A stretch of 64,000 nucleotides of DNA from Girardia tigrina (Eukaryota). Position 1 is the stretch's first letter, and every line of letters starts with the position of its first letter. The stretch spans positions 1 to 64,000 of the forward strand of contig MQRK01171103.1 in the NCBI GenBank assembly GCA_001938485.1, given 5' to 3'. The notes under the pieces are model-generated. The model was not told where the DNA came from, ran no database searches, and was given only the letters and a program-made list of their open reading frames with translations. Positions 52,390 through 64,000 of the stretch are shown one piece after another. The translations under genes were made by a program, and so were the position numbers.

Positions 52390-53195
52390 TTGGATTGGCC
52401 AAAATGTCATTGCCCTTTTTACTAAAATATTTATTATCAAAAAATGACATGGATTCACAAATATTTTTACACGATATACTGTACATTATTTTCAATCACT
52501 TTCTTCCACCTTTCCGGTAGCTTCATTATTCCTGATTCATAAATACCTTTGCATTTGTCAGAGGTAAAAAAGCCGTCTAGGAACGATTTGATGTCATCAT
52601 CACTGCCGAATGTTTTTCTGTTTAAAGAATTCTGCAGTGATCTAAATAAGTGAAAATCCGATGGGGTCAAGTTTGGAGAATACGGTGGGTTCGGTAAAAC
52701 CTCCAAACTCAGTGATAAGTGTTTCTGGCGAGTAATCAAACTTGTATGCGGTCTTGCGTTATCAGGCTGAATTACAACTCCTATTCGATTTGCCAATTCA
52801 GGACGTTCCTGTTGAATTGAATGAGCCAATTTCTCCAGCTGACCACAATATCTGTCTGAATTGATGGTTTCATTCCTCGGAAGGAGTTCAAAAAACACAA
52901 TTCCTTTAAAATTCCACCAGACGGAAAGCATAACCTTCTTTTGGTGAATTTATGCTTTTGGGATCGTTTTGTCAGGCTCACCACGTTTTGTCCATGATCG
53001 TCGGCGTTCCACATTGTTGTAAACAATCCATTTTTCGTCACCCGTAATCAAGAGCTTCAAAAATGGATCACTTTGTTCTCGCTTCAAAAGAGAATGGCAA
53101 ATGTCTATACGTTTCACCAAATGAATTTCTTTCAGTTCATGTGGTAACCAAATATCGAGTTTACTGACGAATCCCAGTTTCTTTAAATGACTTCC
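52390..53195 (-). mobile_element. 5'-truncated mariner, same family as 6814-8079
   Basis: TA|TTGGATTGGCCAAAATGTCATTGC TIR. Closely colinear with 7293-8079; motifs WLPHEL, TGDEKW, DNARPH and YSPNLTPSDFHLF. Confidence 0.95.
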
Positions 53196-55131
53196 CTTTA
53201 TGACTTTTCACTTCAACAAAAAGATAACAAGATTATTCCGTAGACCAAGTAGAGCATGGATATAAAATATCTTTTGATTTACTAGTTTTGAAATAGTAAT
53301 ACATCATAAAAAATGAAACCATAGAAGTAGTTATTTGATGGCACTTGGACAATACACGAAAGAAAGTCACAATTTTGGAAAAAACATGGGCGAATTTATG
53401 ATTTATTCCAATAATTAATGGAAATATGATCAGTTATAAGGATAATCATTAAAATTGTTTACGTATTTAAAAAATTAATCACATATTGTGAGTAGGTGCA
53501 GTCACAAAAACACCGTGACTCACACACGGCACTGTTAACAGCATTGCATCGTCTAATTGACGATAGCGGTGATTTGAATAATGACCCTTATCTTTACTGT
53601 CTAATCGACCGGATGGAGGACGTCACAAAATAATTATTCTAATCTCTTCATCCATTATACCTCATGTCAAAAAATCATATCCATTAAAAATTTACACTTT
53701 GTTCCTTTTTTAACTAAAATCTCAATCAAAACCGCTGTATTTAATCATCGTAAGACCGCGTTTCATAAATCAAGACATTAGATGTTCTAAAAATCATAAA
53801 AAAATGTAACAGTTTTCGCGGGGATCAAACCATGATTAGCAATTTGCGTAGGTACATCACGATCCTTCAAAAAATCGGTCGGCATTAAACAGCTCATGGT
53901 ACAATAAAACACTATCAATTATACTTTGTCAATTTAATTTGCTGACTTTGCCCCATTAAAATTAGAACGGTTTTTAAATGTGTCAACTTTTGACTTAACA
54001 GCAGCAATAAAATGTGATTAATAAATAAATTGGCGATGTTCAATCTTGTCTTGTTGGACAAAATTAAAGACTGCTAAACTAGCGGAGTGATAATTTGCAC
54101 TGATTATTTTCATTTTTAGTGTCAAAGACTGGCATCTGAATGACACTGGAATCCTGGATTAATTAAGTTATGTTTTGGGACTAAAATTAGTCATTTGAGG
54201 TAATGTTTATCAGCTGCTGGCCCCATTTCGTGCAGCAGGGTAATTCAATTCAAATAGCTGACGGATAACTTGGCGTAAATAACGCTCAAATATTGTAATA
54301 ATTTTGTCAAACGGGATTGAAATACTGCCGATAGAAATAAGAAGCTATCTGAAATTTCATATGAAGATGGATAATAACCATCAACATTTATGGACATCTT
54401 GTACAATAAAATAATTAATATTAAGGAAACAGCTAAGACAATGAAAATAAGCATTAAGTTATTAGAGTCTACTGCCAATGTAAGAATAGAATCAGAAGGG
54501 TTATACAGTAACTACGTTCGACGGAACTTATTTTCAAAGTCATATTAAACTGGAAAGGAATTTGATAACTATTAAAAACTATTTATGAAAAAAGAAAATT
54601 AGGAGAATATAAAAAGTGGATTTGATAAATACATATTACAATTCTTTTAAATTTTCAATTATTGCTTCTTCTATTTCGGCAGAATATTAATCAAATCAAT
54701 TGCAAAATTAACTTTCTATGAATGTTTATTTTATTCAATATTATCAAGCATTCACAAACATAGGTAAAATAATATTGACTAGAACTTTACATCCTTTATC
54801 CATCTGGCGACAGTTAAAGAGTTTTCACCAAGTTTGAATTTAGTCCCAAAATGCAAATTTGATTTTGTCTTCAGAATTTTCTTTAATGTTTTGCACATTT
54901 AATTATTTTTCTAACAGATATAAATGTATCAAAATCCAAAGCAATATTATTAATTGTATGTGTATTAACTGCATTTTTAATTTAATTTTTGTGAGACTGT
55001 TATTCTACAGAATGTTTCTCTAAAAGTAAAGTATTTTTAAACAAAGGTCCTCACTCTCAACTTTATAAAAGTCAACAAAATATAATTTTTCAAATTTCCA
55101 ACGAAAGATAAAAATAATAGTAAAATCTAAC

Positions 55132-55180
55132 TTGGTAAAGAAGGAGCTGTTGGCAGGCCGATTGAGGAAAGCCATATGAA
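55132..55180 (-). CDS. ror: ROR-like receptor, exon A: 49-nt N-terminal microexon (most upstream exon found)
   Basis: tttatttcag|TT...ACCAA|gttaga. The phase 1-2 reading gives HMAFLNRPANSSFFT(K), in frame with exon B. Confidence 0.6.
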
Positions 55181-55603
55181 CTGAAATAAAACAACAAATT
55201 AATCAAATTATCAATTTCGTGTTTGTTGACGAGAATCGAATATAGGTAATGAATTTTTAATCACAGTGCACAATGTGAAACCTTGTTGGAAGTTCATATC
55301 TCACAAGATTTACCATATTTTTCAGTGTGAGACATTCGTCGGCCATCAGTCAATCTATTTAAGCTTGTGTTTGCTTATATCTGACTTATTGTGCAACTTA
55401 TTTTATTTTCCACACAAGAATATCATTTCTAACAATCTACCAACAAATAATAGTTACAATAGATCCGATCAGAATTACTGATTTCAATAATTCATTGAAA
55501 AGGTTCATGAAATACATTCTATTGTGTTCACTAATATATATATATATATATATNNNNNNNNNNNNNNNNNNNNNNNNNNNNNNNNNNNNNNNNNNNNNNN
55601 NNN

Positions 55604-55658
<55 letters not shown>

Positions 55659-55844
55659 TTAAATGAATGATAATAAATGATAAAATTCTTTGATTTAAAA
55701 TAGTATGATGTACTGAAAGAAGGCATAAATAGGTTAAATAAACCAGAATAATCAGTAAAGAAGTATTCTTTGAATTGTAAAAAAAAGATATTATTTATAA
55801 ATTACTGTTGATAATTATTAACTCAAAAAATTCCATTGAAAAAA

Positions 55845-56892
55845 GAAAATATTTTTAGAAAGAAACCGCTATTTGTTCACATTCAGAGAAGGAAATGTTA
55901 AGAAAGTCTTATAATGAAGTAATAATTCAGTAATTAAATAAAATCTACCGTGGTAGAGATTATCCACGGTTTAAGTGGTCTGTAATCAACAATTTGCTGG
56001 ATTTTGTTTGATTAAATAATAAATATAATTTTCTCAATGGGTTTTAATTGATATTCTAATTTTCCTTTAGTTTTTCATGTCTCTTTTGTAAGTTTAAGTA
56101 TGTATATCTCTATTTCATGAATGGATTCGGCGAAACAGAACCTTCGTTTGAATGAATGTCCTACATTACGTTTCCATAAGTGGAAAAACACTAAATTTTA
56201 TTATTTTTGCAATAAAATATCTTTAAAGATAAATCGACATAATTTGTCATAAATACTTTATAGATTTAGATTTTTATTTTAGATTTTTTATACAATTCTG
56301 TTGATTAATAATTTAGCAAATTATTTTTTACAAGTGTTGCCTTGCGCATTCGGTTTTTATTTAATGTTAGTATACTTTTGAAATTATACTTTTAAAATTT
56401 TAAATATTTGTAGAAAAACAATTTTCCAACAGAAATTTATTCGCTTAATCTAGAAAAGTATTTTTGGAAAAAAATAATTTAAATTAAGAATTTATAAAAA
56501 AAGTATTAACAAAATTATCAACTTCGATTCTAGAATTGTTATGAAATGTCACAGATAGGTACCAAAAAATAAAATCAATATATGTTTGGCCTCCCGATGT
56601 TGAAAAATATGTTTCAGCTCAATTATCCAAGATTTTCAAAGATTTTCCAATCAACCGAAATCAATTCCAAATTAACTCTCTAAAGAAATAAGGCCGTGCC
56701 ACAAACATTAAGCGAGTACAAAGATTCCAGTGCAAAACTTGCCCATTTGATTAGAAACCAATAATCTTATGTGAACTATAAATGGAATATTTACAAAATA
56801 TTTTAATATTTACTATTCGTACTATATGCTAATGATTTACAATGAACTCGCATCCTTTTACTAAAGTTTTTTAGCTCACTTCCTATATATAA

Positions 56893-56930
<38 letters not shown>

Positions 56931-57220
56931 TGCACAAATTCGTTAATCAATTTTTCATCCACTTTTCATGGTCGGATTGAGCTGAAAATTTGCCATAATG
57001 TGTAATTCCAATGACAATACATGAATAAATTAAAAAATTACTATCTGAATGAATATTATTTATTTTTTCAAAGAAACAAATTTACGATTTAGTCTGATTA
57101 TGCCATATTCTAAAGAAAATATATTTTTTAGAAATAAACCGCTTATTGTTCATATACAGTCTTAAAAGGACGTTTTAAATAAACAAAATCTACCGTAGTA
57201 AATATTATTCTCCGAAAACT
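55845..57220 (+). repeat. Two diverged copies of an unclassified repeat, each downstream of a (TA)n array
   Basis: AAAGAAAATATTTTTAGAAAGAAACCGCT...AAAATCTACCGTGGTA (about 55842-55954) versus AAAGAAAATATATTTTTTAGAAATAAACCGCT...AAAATCTACCGTAGTA (about 57112-57200). Confidence 0.55.
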
Positions 57221-58019
57221 AAATAAATTCAAATTTGTATTATTTTATATTAGTTATATGAAGTACCACTTTATGAATTTTCGGTATTTTGTCATAATAA
57301 ATACATTTAAGGATTTATAATAAATTATATTTATTTGATAAGATCTTTATCAAAACCTTTTGAATAGCACCGAAAGGTTTGAGATTCCACAGTGATATCA
57401 TAGTTTACCGCACCAAAACACATTAAATTACTCTCCTGAATCGGGCGGTTATTCCATCATCCGAAAAGGCTAAATCGGACAACTACTTCGAGTTATATGC
57501 ATGAAATATCGATTAAATAGTTAAAAATTGCGAATTTGTAAATTTATATTTGAGGGATTTTTATTCACATAAAGCATGATTTAAAAAATGAATTTTTATT
57601 TACTAATTTTTCTTATTGTATACATTTCTGTACACAATTTAGATTAAATATCATTATGAAATATCATTATCATCAAAAATGAACGTATGATTAATTAAGG
57701 CAGAAAATATCGTTTTCAAGCACATTATAATGTTTGCACCACAAATTCTAAAAAAGCACGGTTTTGAAGTGAAGATATCAGTTAACTGATTGAAAACCGA
57801 CTTAAAATTTATTTTTAACAAAAAATATTTTTAGAAGTTATAATTATAGAAACAGTTTCTGAAAATGAAAGAACAAACAATTAGATTTGATTTATAACAC
57901 TATTTTAATTATAAGCTATCAATTTTTTGAGAACCGGTTTTTAATTGTGAAACATTTTATAACAAGTTTAAGAAATGAAAAATTTTTCATTTCTTAAACA
58001 GTCTCAATCTTTTTTGAAA

Positions 58020-58086
58020 ACAATTTGTAATTTTTTGTAAATATTAAATGTAGTTCAAAGTATGATGTGCCCCTTATATGTATATA

Positions 58087-58138
<52 letters not shown>

Positions 58139-58229
58139 AAAAATACTTATTTTTACTCTATNACAATTTGTAATTTTTTGTAAATATTAAATGTAGTTCA
58201 AAGTATGATGTGCCCCTTATATGTATATA

Positions 58230-58275
<46 letters not shown>

Positions 58276-58298
58276 AAAAATACTTATTTTTACTCTAT
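58020..58298. other. Tandem duplication of about 140 bp around a single N; probable assembly overlap artefact
   Basis: 58020-58161 is repeated at 58163-58298, differing only in (TA)n length and separated by the N at 58162. Confidence 0.85.
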
Positions 58299-59792
58299 AA
58301 AGTGCAGCAAAGATACTTTAAAAGGAATCTGAAAGACTGATACTTTATTCCTGACAGCTAATAGTTATGAAAATGCAAAACAAATTTTAGTTCAATTTGT
58401 AATACAGATTGATAAAAAATTTATTGACAAATTGTATATATTATACTAATAATTATACCGAGTACAAATGAGTAACTGTAAGAGAAGAACGAAAGGAAAT
58501 TGTTAAATCCACAAAAGAGTAGTGTCATTTCATCAAAAAAAGTTAATCAACGCTAAAAATTTTATATCTTCCATGTATTAAAGGATGTTATTGCTCCACC
58601 GAAATACATAACGAAAATGGTAAAAATGGGACCCGTATTGCCAAATTAAGAAAAATGTTTAAAATAAACTGACATTCGCTTTATAATTGCAGCTAAAATG
58701 CTTAATATAATATATTTATTCGATATAATTATTCACCTTATATTTTAAATTTTCTATTTTCTAAAGGTTGTTTTTTGAAATTAATTTTTTGGACATTTTA
58801 AAATTTCGAAACGACCTCTCTTATATTTCAGCTTGTCTTACATTAAGGACACTATGGGATAATATTAAAGTTGTTTTATACAATGATAATTAGAAAACAG
58901 ATGGATTTGCTCATACATTTAATTGGTAGAAACTTTTGCACTTTCATGAGCATGAAAATAATTTGATCTCATGAAAATATATGTTTTGAAGTAGGAATAT
59001 TATCTTTAATATTGATCATCAATTCGTTTGGTATCACAACTCCAAATAAGGTTATTTCCTAAAGGATATAAAACCTGAAACCAAATCTGATACTAAAAAT
59101 GAGTTTCTATTGTAAGTATTATTTTTTTACAAATTAATATTGCAACAACGTTGATTTACTGAGGTTTCGAAAGGTGTAGAAAACGGTATTCTATCTGATC
59201 GAAAGACTTTTGGCGGTTAAATTTTTGAAAAGATACACTTCTTGTTATTAAAATTTTGTTAGTAAATATTGACTATAAATAAACGAAATCTAAAAAATTT
59301 TTAAATATGTAATAATACACAAAAATTCTGAAAATAGTTTGGGTAGAAACGTTGCAAGAAATTACATTTATCTTGTTTTATACATTTGATATATATATAT
59401 ATATATATATGATTGTATGCAGGTACGTTATGAATATACTCAAAAACTATAAAACCGATCGCGAACCAACTTTGAAAAATAAATTTTTTTGTCATTGCAG
59501 TTTTTATTTTAATTTCAATTGAGTGCCAACAACTAGTTTCGCCATTTCGTCATTTTCAGTTGACCAATTGAAATTTTCAAATTTGAATATTTTATCAGTT
59601 ATTCCTAATATGGAGGCCGTGAATAATATTTTGGGGTCCATCAAACAAAATTAATTTTCAATTCTGAAAGCGTTTAATCACATAGTTCTTCATTTGAATG
59701 TTTTATGTTTTTTCTATATTTATAAGAAAATCTTTTTCGACCAATAAGATCATTATTTTCACAGATTTCATGGCCTTATAATTATGAAATAA

Positions 59793-60152
59793 CAATACTT
59801 CCGTAAGGTTTTATCTTTTTTTCGTATTTTGTTTAACTGTATATAATACGAATAAAGAAGAGCTTCCAACAACATCTCCACCTTATATTTGATAGCCTTC
59901 TTTCTCATTCACGTCACTAGTAAGAACTATTATTTTACTAGTTAATGAACTGTTTACGTCGTTTGATATATCTCACCATACTCACATTTCCTTTTATTAA
60001 GGAAACATTGATCGTTTCGTTTTACTTCTTTGAACCTCCTTTCATTTATTGTTTAAAAATAAAATTTATAAAACCAAATTATTTTTATTTATTCGTTGTT
60101 ACATAATACTTCCGTAAGGTTTTCTCGTTTTTTTCATAATTGTTTAATTGTA
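59793..60152 (+). repeat. Diverged direct repeat of about 50 bp
   Basis: AATACTTCCGTAAGGTTTT..TTGTTTAA(C/T)TGTAT at about 59794 and 60105. Confidence 0.6.
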
Positions 60153-63100
60153 TCTTGCGACTTGTTTTTATTTTCTAAGTTCTATCCATAATATTAATAT
60201 CTAGCAAAAGTGGCTATTAATCGAGTTGTTAGAATCTTGTCTTAAAATGATTTTTTTTACATTTGTCACACTACTATGAATTTTCTCTATTTTTCGTTAT
60301 AAATACATTTTTGGATTCCTTATTAATTATAGTTTATTTGTTTATATCATTGTCATGAAGAAATTTAAAAATAATTTATTTATTTTCTAGACTAGGGTTA
60401 TTTCACTCTTCTATAATTTTCTCGTGTTAAAAACAACATTTTGGTAATTTAAGGTGCGGAAAGGACGTTTCAAAGATCAGACAATCCTACAAGCAATCAA
60501 CATCAAATTATCCAGTCAAAAATTTTGAAGTCATACCCAATGGTACGATATTCACCCGTTATCCAACACTTGTAAAACGCTAATAAAACACTTTTAAATG
60601 CTGCTCTGTAGTCGGTCATTTTGTCACACCAACTACCTCTATTAAACAACAATATCGAATTGTGGACATGAAATATCGACTCCAAATCGAATATTCGCAT
60701 AAAGCATTGTTTTTTTAAAAGAAGAATGCTATTTGATTTAGAATTTTGGTTTGAAAAAAAAATTAAATTTTGTATTTATATAAATTATAAACACCATAAA
60801 ATATAAAAATAGTAAATTTTCGGTAGAATTTCTCCTGTCTTCAGACATAATTTATAACAATTAATTGTCATACATAAATTAAACTAAATTACAAATCCTA
60901 ATTCAATATCTCATGAAATAATCTAAACAAAGAAACATTATGAGGCACTTGTTTGAACATTAATTAAGGAATAAAATAATCTAATCAATAAAGCCTCACA
61001 AGAAACTATCCAAATAATTTTTACAACCAGTTATTTGAACAGGAGACCTAGAAAATTTATTTACATGTCCAAATCACTACTGATACAATTCCATCATCGT
61101 CTATTCTCTTGAATCCGTTCACGGAGATGACGAGAAATCTGTTCAATCTTTGGTATCGAGATATTAAAAATAAAAAGTTGATCATTATTTTAAACCTCTT
61201 GTTTAAAAAATAATGTTAAAATTAAAAATAATGTTAAATTACACTGTCGCAATTTTAAATTAATTTACGATAATTCTTATATTTTACGCAAATTAATTCT
61301 TAATATAATTAAATAAAAAACATTTTCATTAATTTTAAGAAAATATTTTTAAAATATATATGTGTATATATAAACTGATGATAGATTGACTTTTTTGACA
61401 CTATAATGACAGAAATACAGGAAATTGATTATCATAATGAATAGCATGGGATATAAATATGAATAAATTATATTATTTTATATTTTCTCATTACAAGATC
61501 AGTCTCATTCGATTTTATAAACAATGTTAAAAAAATATTTTTATTATAATTATGATTCATAATATCTAAATATAATATTATTCCTTTTCGACAGGGAATA
61601 TAATCACCGAGTAGGTCAAATTAATTAAATTTTATTTCAGCAAAACAATCATAAAGCATTTTTCGTTACATTGTAATGTTCAAAAACATTATTTACTACA
61701 TAGATTTAATATTATATTTTGTCAGATACATTTTTAGCTTTATTATCGATTTGTAACAAGATCGGATCTCACACATGACAAAAATTTTAGTATCCATTCT
61801 AAAAGTAGAGCGAGAGTTACATTAAAAAGCGTCGGTATCATTGCAAAACATCTACAATCTCAATTTTATTTAATGATTCAAATATACTGGTTGCGCGACA
61901 CTTTCGATAATCAGTCGCTGTTTGTGTCGCAGCACAGTAGCTACTTTTGGAGGATGATTGATATAATAAATATGATAAAACAGTCCAGTCCTGTGCTGCA
62001 ATTTGCCTTCGATTATCCTCAAATCAGGTGCGCCCCTAATTAAACTGTATACCGCAAAAACACTCTAGGCATTCTACGACATTTCTAATCAGCAACAGTC
62101 GTCTAATGGATTTGGTGACGACCTCAAGCGATAGGCGACATTGACCACGAGTGACCATCGCGATTAAAATATTATCATCATTCATTCAAACAAATATCGA
62201 TTATTTTTGTACAGGCATCACTTTTGGGGAATATTTAGACATTTGATCAAATATTACTAACTGAGAATTATTATAATTATTTTTATTATTACTATTAATG
62301 TTGTTGCATGACAATTAATTGATTATTAATGTATTCTTTTAAAATGATTTTTCTGAATTTTGAATTAATTTAAAAGTACATTGTTGTTGATTATATATTA
62401 GAAAATTAAAGAATTTGATAGTAAAAAAATATTTGCATAGATCTACATAGATTGTGGTTATAAGAAACAGAAATAGATCATATTTGATCCGAAATGAATA
62501 TATATATCCCGTTTATACATATCCATTAAAAATGTTTTATATTTCAGAATTCTTAAATGTCCTTTAACTTATATATTCTCATTGAAAATATACTTGACTT
62601 TAATTTTTTTGAAACAATGTTTTTTAAACATAGAAAATGAAACATTTAACATGACGTTTCCGGTGGTTGCGGAAGTCCAGGAAAATATGAAGGTGAAAGT
62701 TTGTCGAAAAATATTTTTGGATGTATTTTTTCTGTCAGAAATTTCTTCAAATAATTTGTATTATCACATATAAGTAAAAAAAACAGGTAATGTTGGGTTC
62801 GTGATCAATAAGTTGTAAGAACGTAAAACTTTATTTCTACTATAATTAAATATTATTCAAACAATTTTTGTTGAGAAACTTTTATTATGTTTTCTTTTCG
62901 ATCAGATTGATTATACGTAAAAATACTGAATTGTAAATACTGATATATTATTTATTAAAATTTTAATTTTTAAGAATTGAATTTTTATTTTTTTAAATAA
63001 AATAATTTTACACAATTGCATTTAAATATTTTATCTGATTTAGTTTAAAAATAAATCTTAAAATCGATATAATTTAACTAGAAATAATTACTGTACAATG

Positions 63101-64000
63101 TTTAAATTTATATTATTGTACTAAAAATTAATAATTCGTAATATCTCAAATTTATTCCAATTTTAAATTTTATTGTCGTTCTAATTTTACCAATCATTTT
63201 TATAAATGGTTTTTAATTAATTTAAACTTCATGGATTTTTCCATTGTGGTCATATTCTTAAACTTGAATTAATTACCTTTGAATTTATTAAACTTTAAAC
63301 TTATTACAGTTATTTTAATAATATTTTGTATCGAACGTATTCTGATTCCAACAATTTTAATTTTAAACTTTAAAATAATATATATTTTCCACAATTTTAT
63401 TTCACATTAATTCCTAAAATCTTTTAATTGTACTTAGTATTTTTTATATTCGATTAATTTTAATTTTTATGTTCAATTGTAAAATCGCGTTCAATATAAT
63501 TTGTTTTGGATACGATTATTATTTATGGGATTAAATGTGAATTTTAAAAATTGATAATTTCTTGAAATGTAAAAAATTATTATAAAATTTTTATACATAA
63601 TGTTTAAATATTTTATAGTTTAAATTTTAAAAATTCTAAAAATTTACGAGTTTGCCAAAATATCCTCAAAGGTAATTGTAGACGAAAACTCGTACAAAAA
63701 TTAAATGTAGAAATGTAATGCAAATCGAATTTTCTATTGTAAACAAAACGATTGGAAGAAATGTCTGTGAGAAACAAAATATCCACAAATAATATTTCGA
63801 CAGAATTTCGTCTAAGATTTAATAATCATTCAGATTTGTCTGATTCTTTAATTATCGTTTATTTTCTTTTTCCTCGATATTAGTAATTAACTTTGACATT
63901 CTTTTTTATGAGTCTATTAGATATTCTTTCAAATTATGATACATAATTCTTAGGTTTTTCTGCTTATTTAATAGGAATTTCAAAAGATTGTTTTAAACAC

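Noticed and set aside
54245-54478. Hydrophobic 77-aa ORF (MAVDSNNLMLIFIVLAVSLILIILLY...)
   Set aside because: Non-ATG start and no splice signals linking it to the gene. Hydrophobic runs arise easily in T-rich DNA. Probably part of an unclassified repeat.
58020-58298. Tandem duplication as a biological event
   Set aside because: The copies are separated by a single N and differ only in microsatellite length, which is typical of unmerged contig ends.
59301-59495. ORF MTKKFIFQSWFAIGFIVFEY... as the ror signal-peptide exon
   Set aside because: No phase-1 consensus donor. It overlaps a mariner-TIR-like GTCATTGCAGTTTTT and runs into a (TA)n array.
1-64000. CRISPR arrays, tRNA/rRNA genes, operon-like prokaryotic systems
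   Set aside because: No regularly spaced repeat-spacer arrays or recognisable structural RNA genes. The window is spliceosomal-intron-containing eukaryotic DNA.

Overview
A very AT-rich invertebrate animal genomic window with short N gaps. A planarian-like flatworm is plausible but cannot be shown from sequence alone. One host gene spans almost the whole window on the minus strand. Its nine GT-AG exons (55180-55132, 46331-46288, 41262-41085, 41031-40922, 32530-32497, 24946-24795, 22335-22129, 3843-3733, 3536-3303; 1119 nt, about 373 aa) splice in perfect phase into an Ig domain, a 10-Cys Frizzled-type CRD and a 6-Cys kringle, which is the ectodomain of a ROR-family receptor. No signal-peptide exon and no convincing TM or kinase exons were found in the window. 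The introns (53 bp to 18.3 kb) are full of transposon relics: mariners, a DD37E element, an IS630/Tc1-like fragment, hAT elements including a full-length Buster-type copy, a MULE, piggyBac MITEs, a solo-LTR-like family and several Penelope-like elements. The main second-look items are an HDV-like ribozyme heading a 0.4 kb ORF-less structured element, an intact minimal hammerhead ribozyme lying sense to the ror pre-mRNA, a possible secreted ROR ectodomain isoform, a zinc-finger coding fragment inserted into a Penelope element with a 10-bp duplication, and an interlocked inverted-repeat structure.
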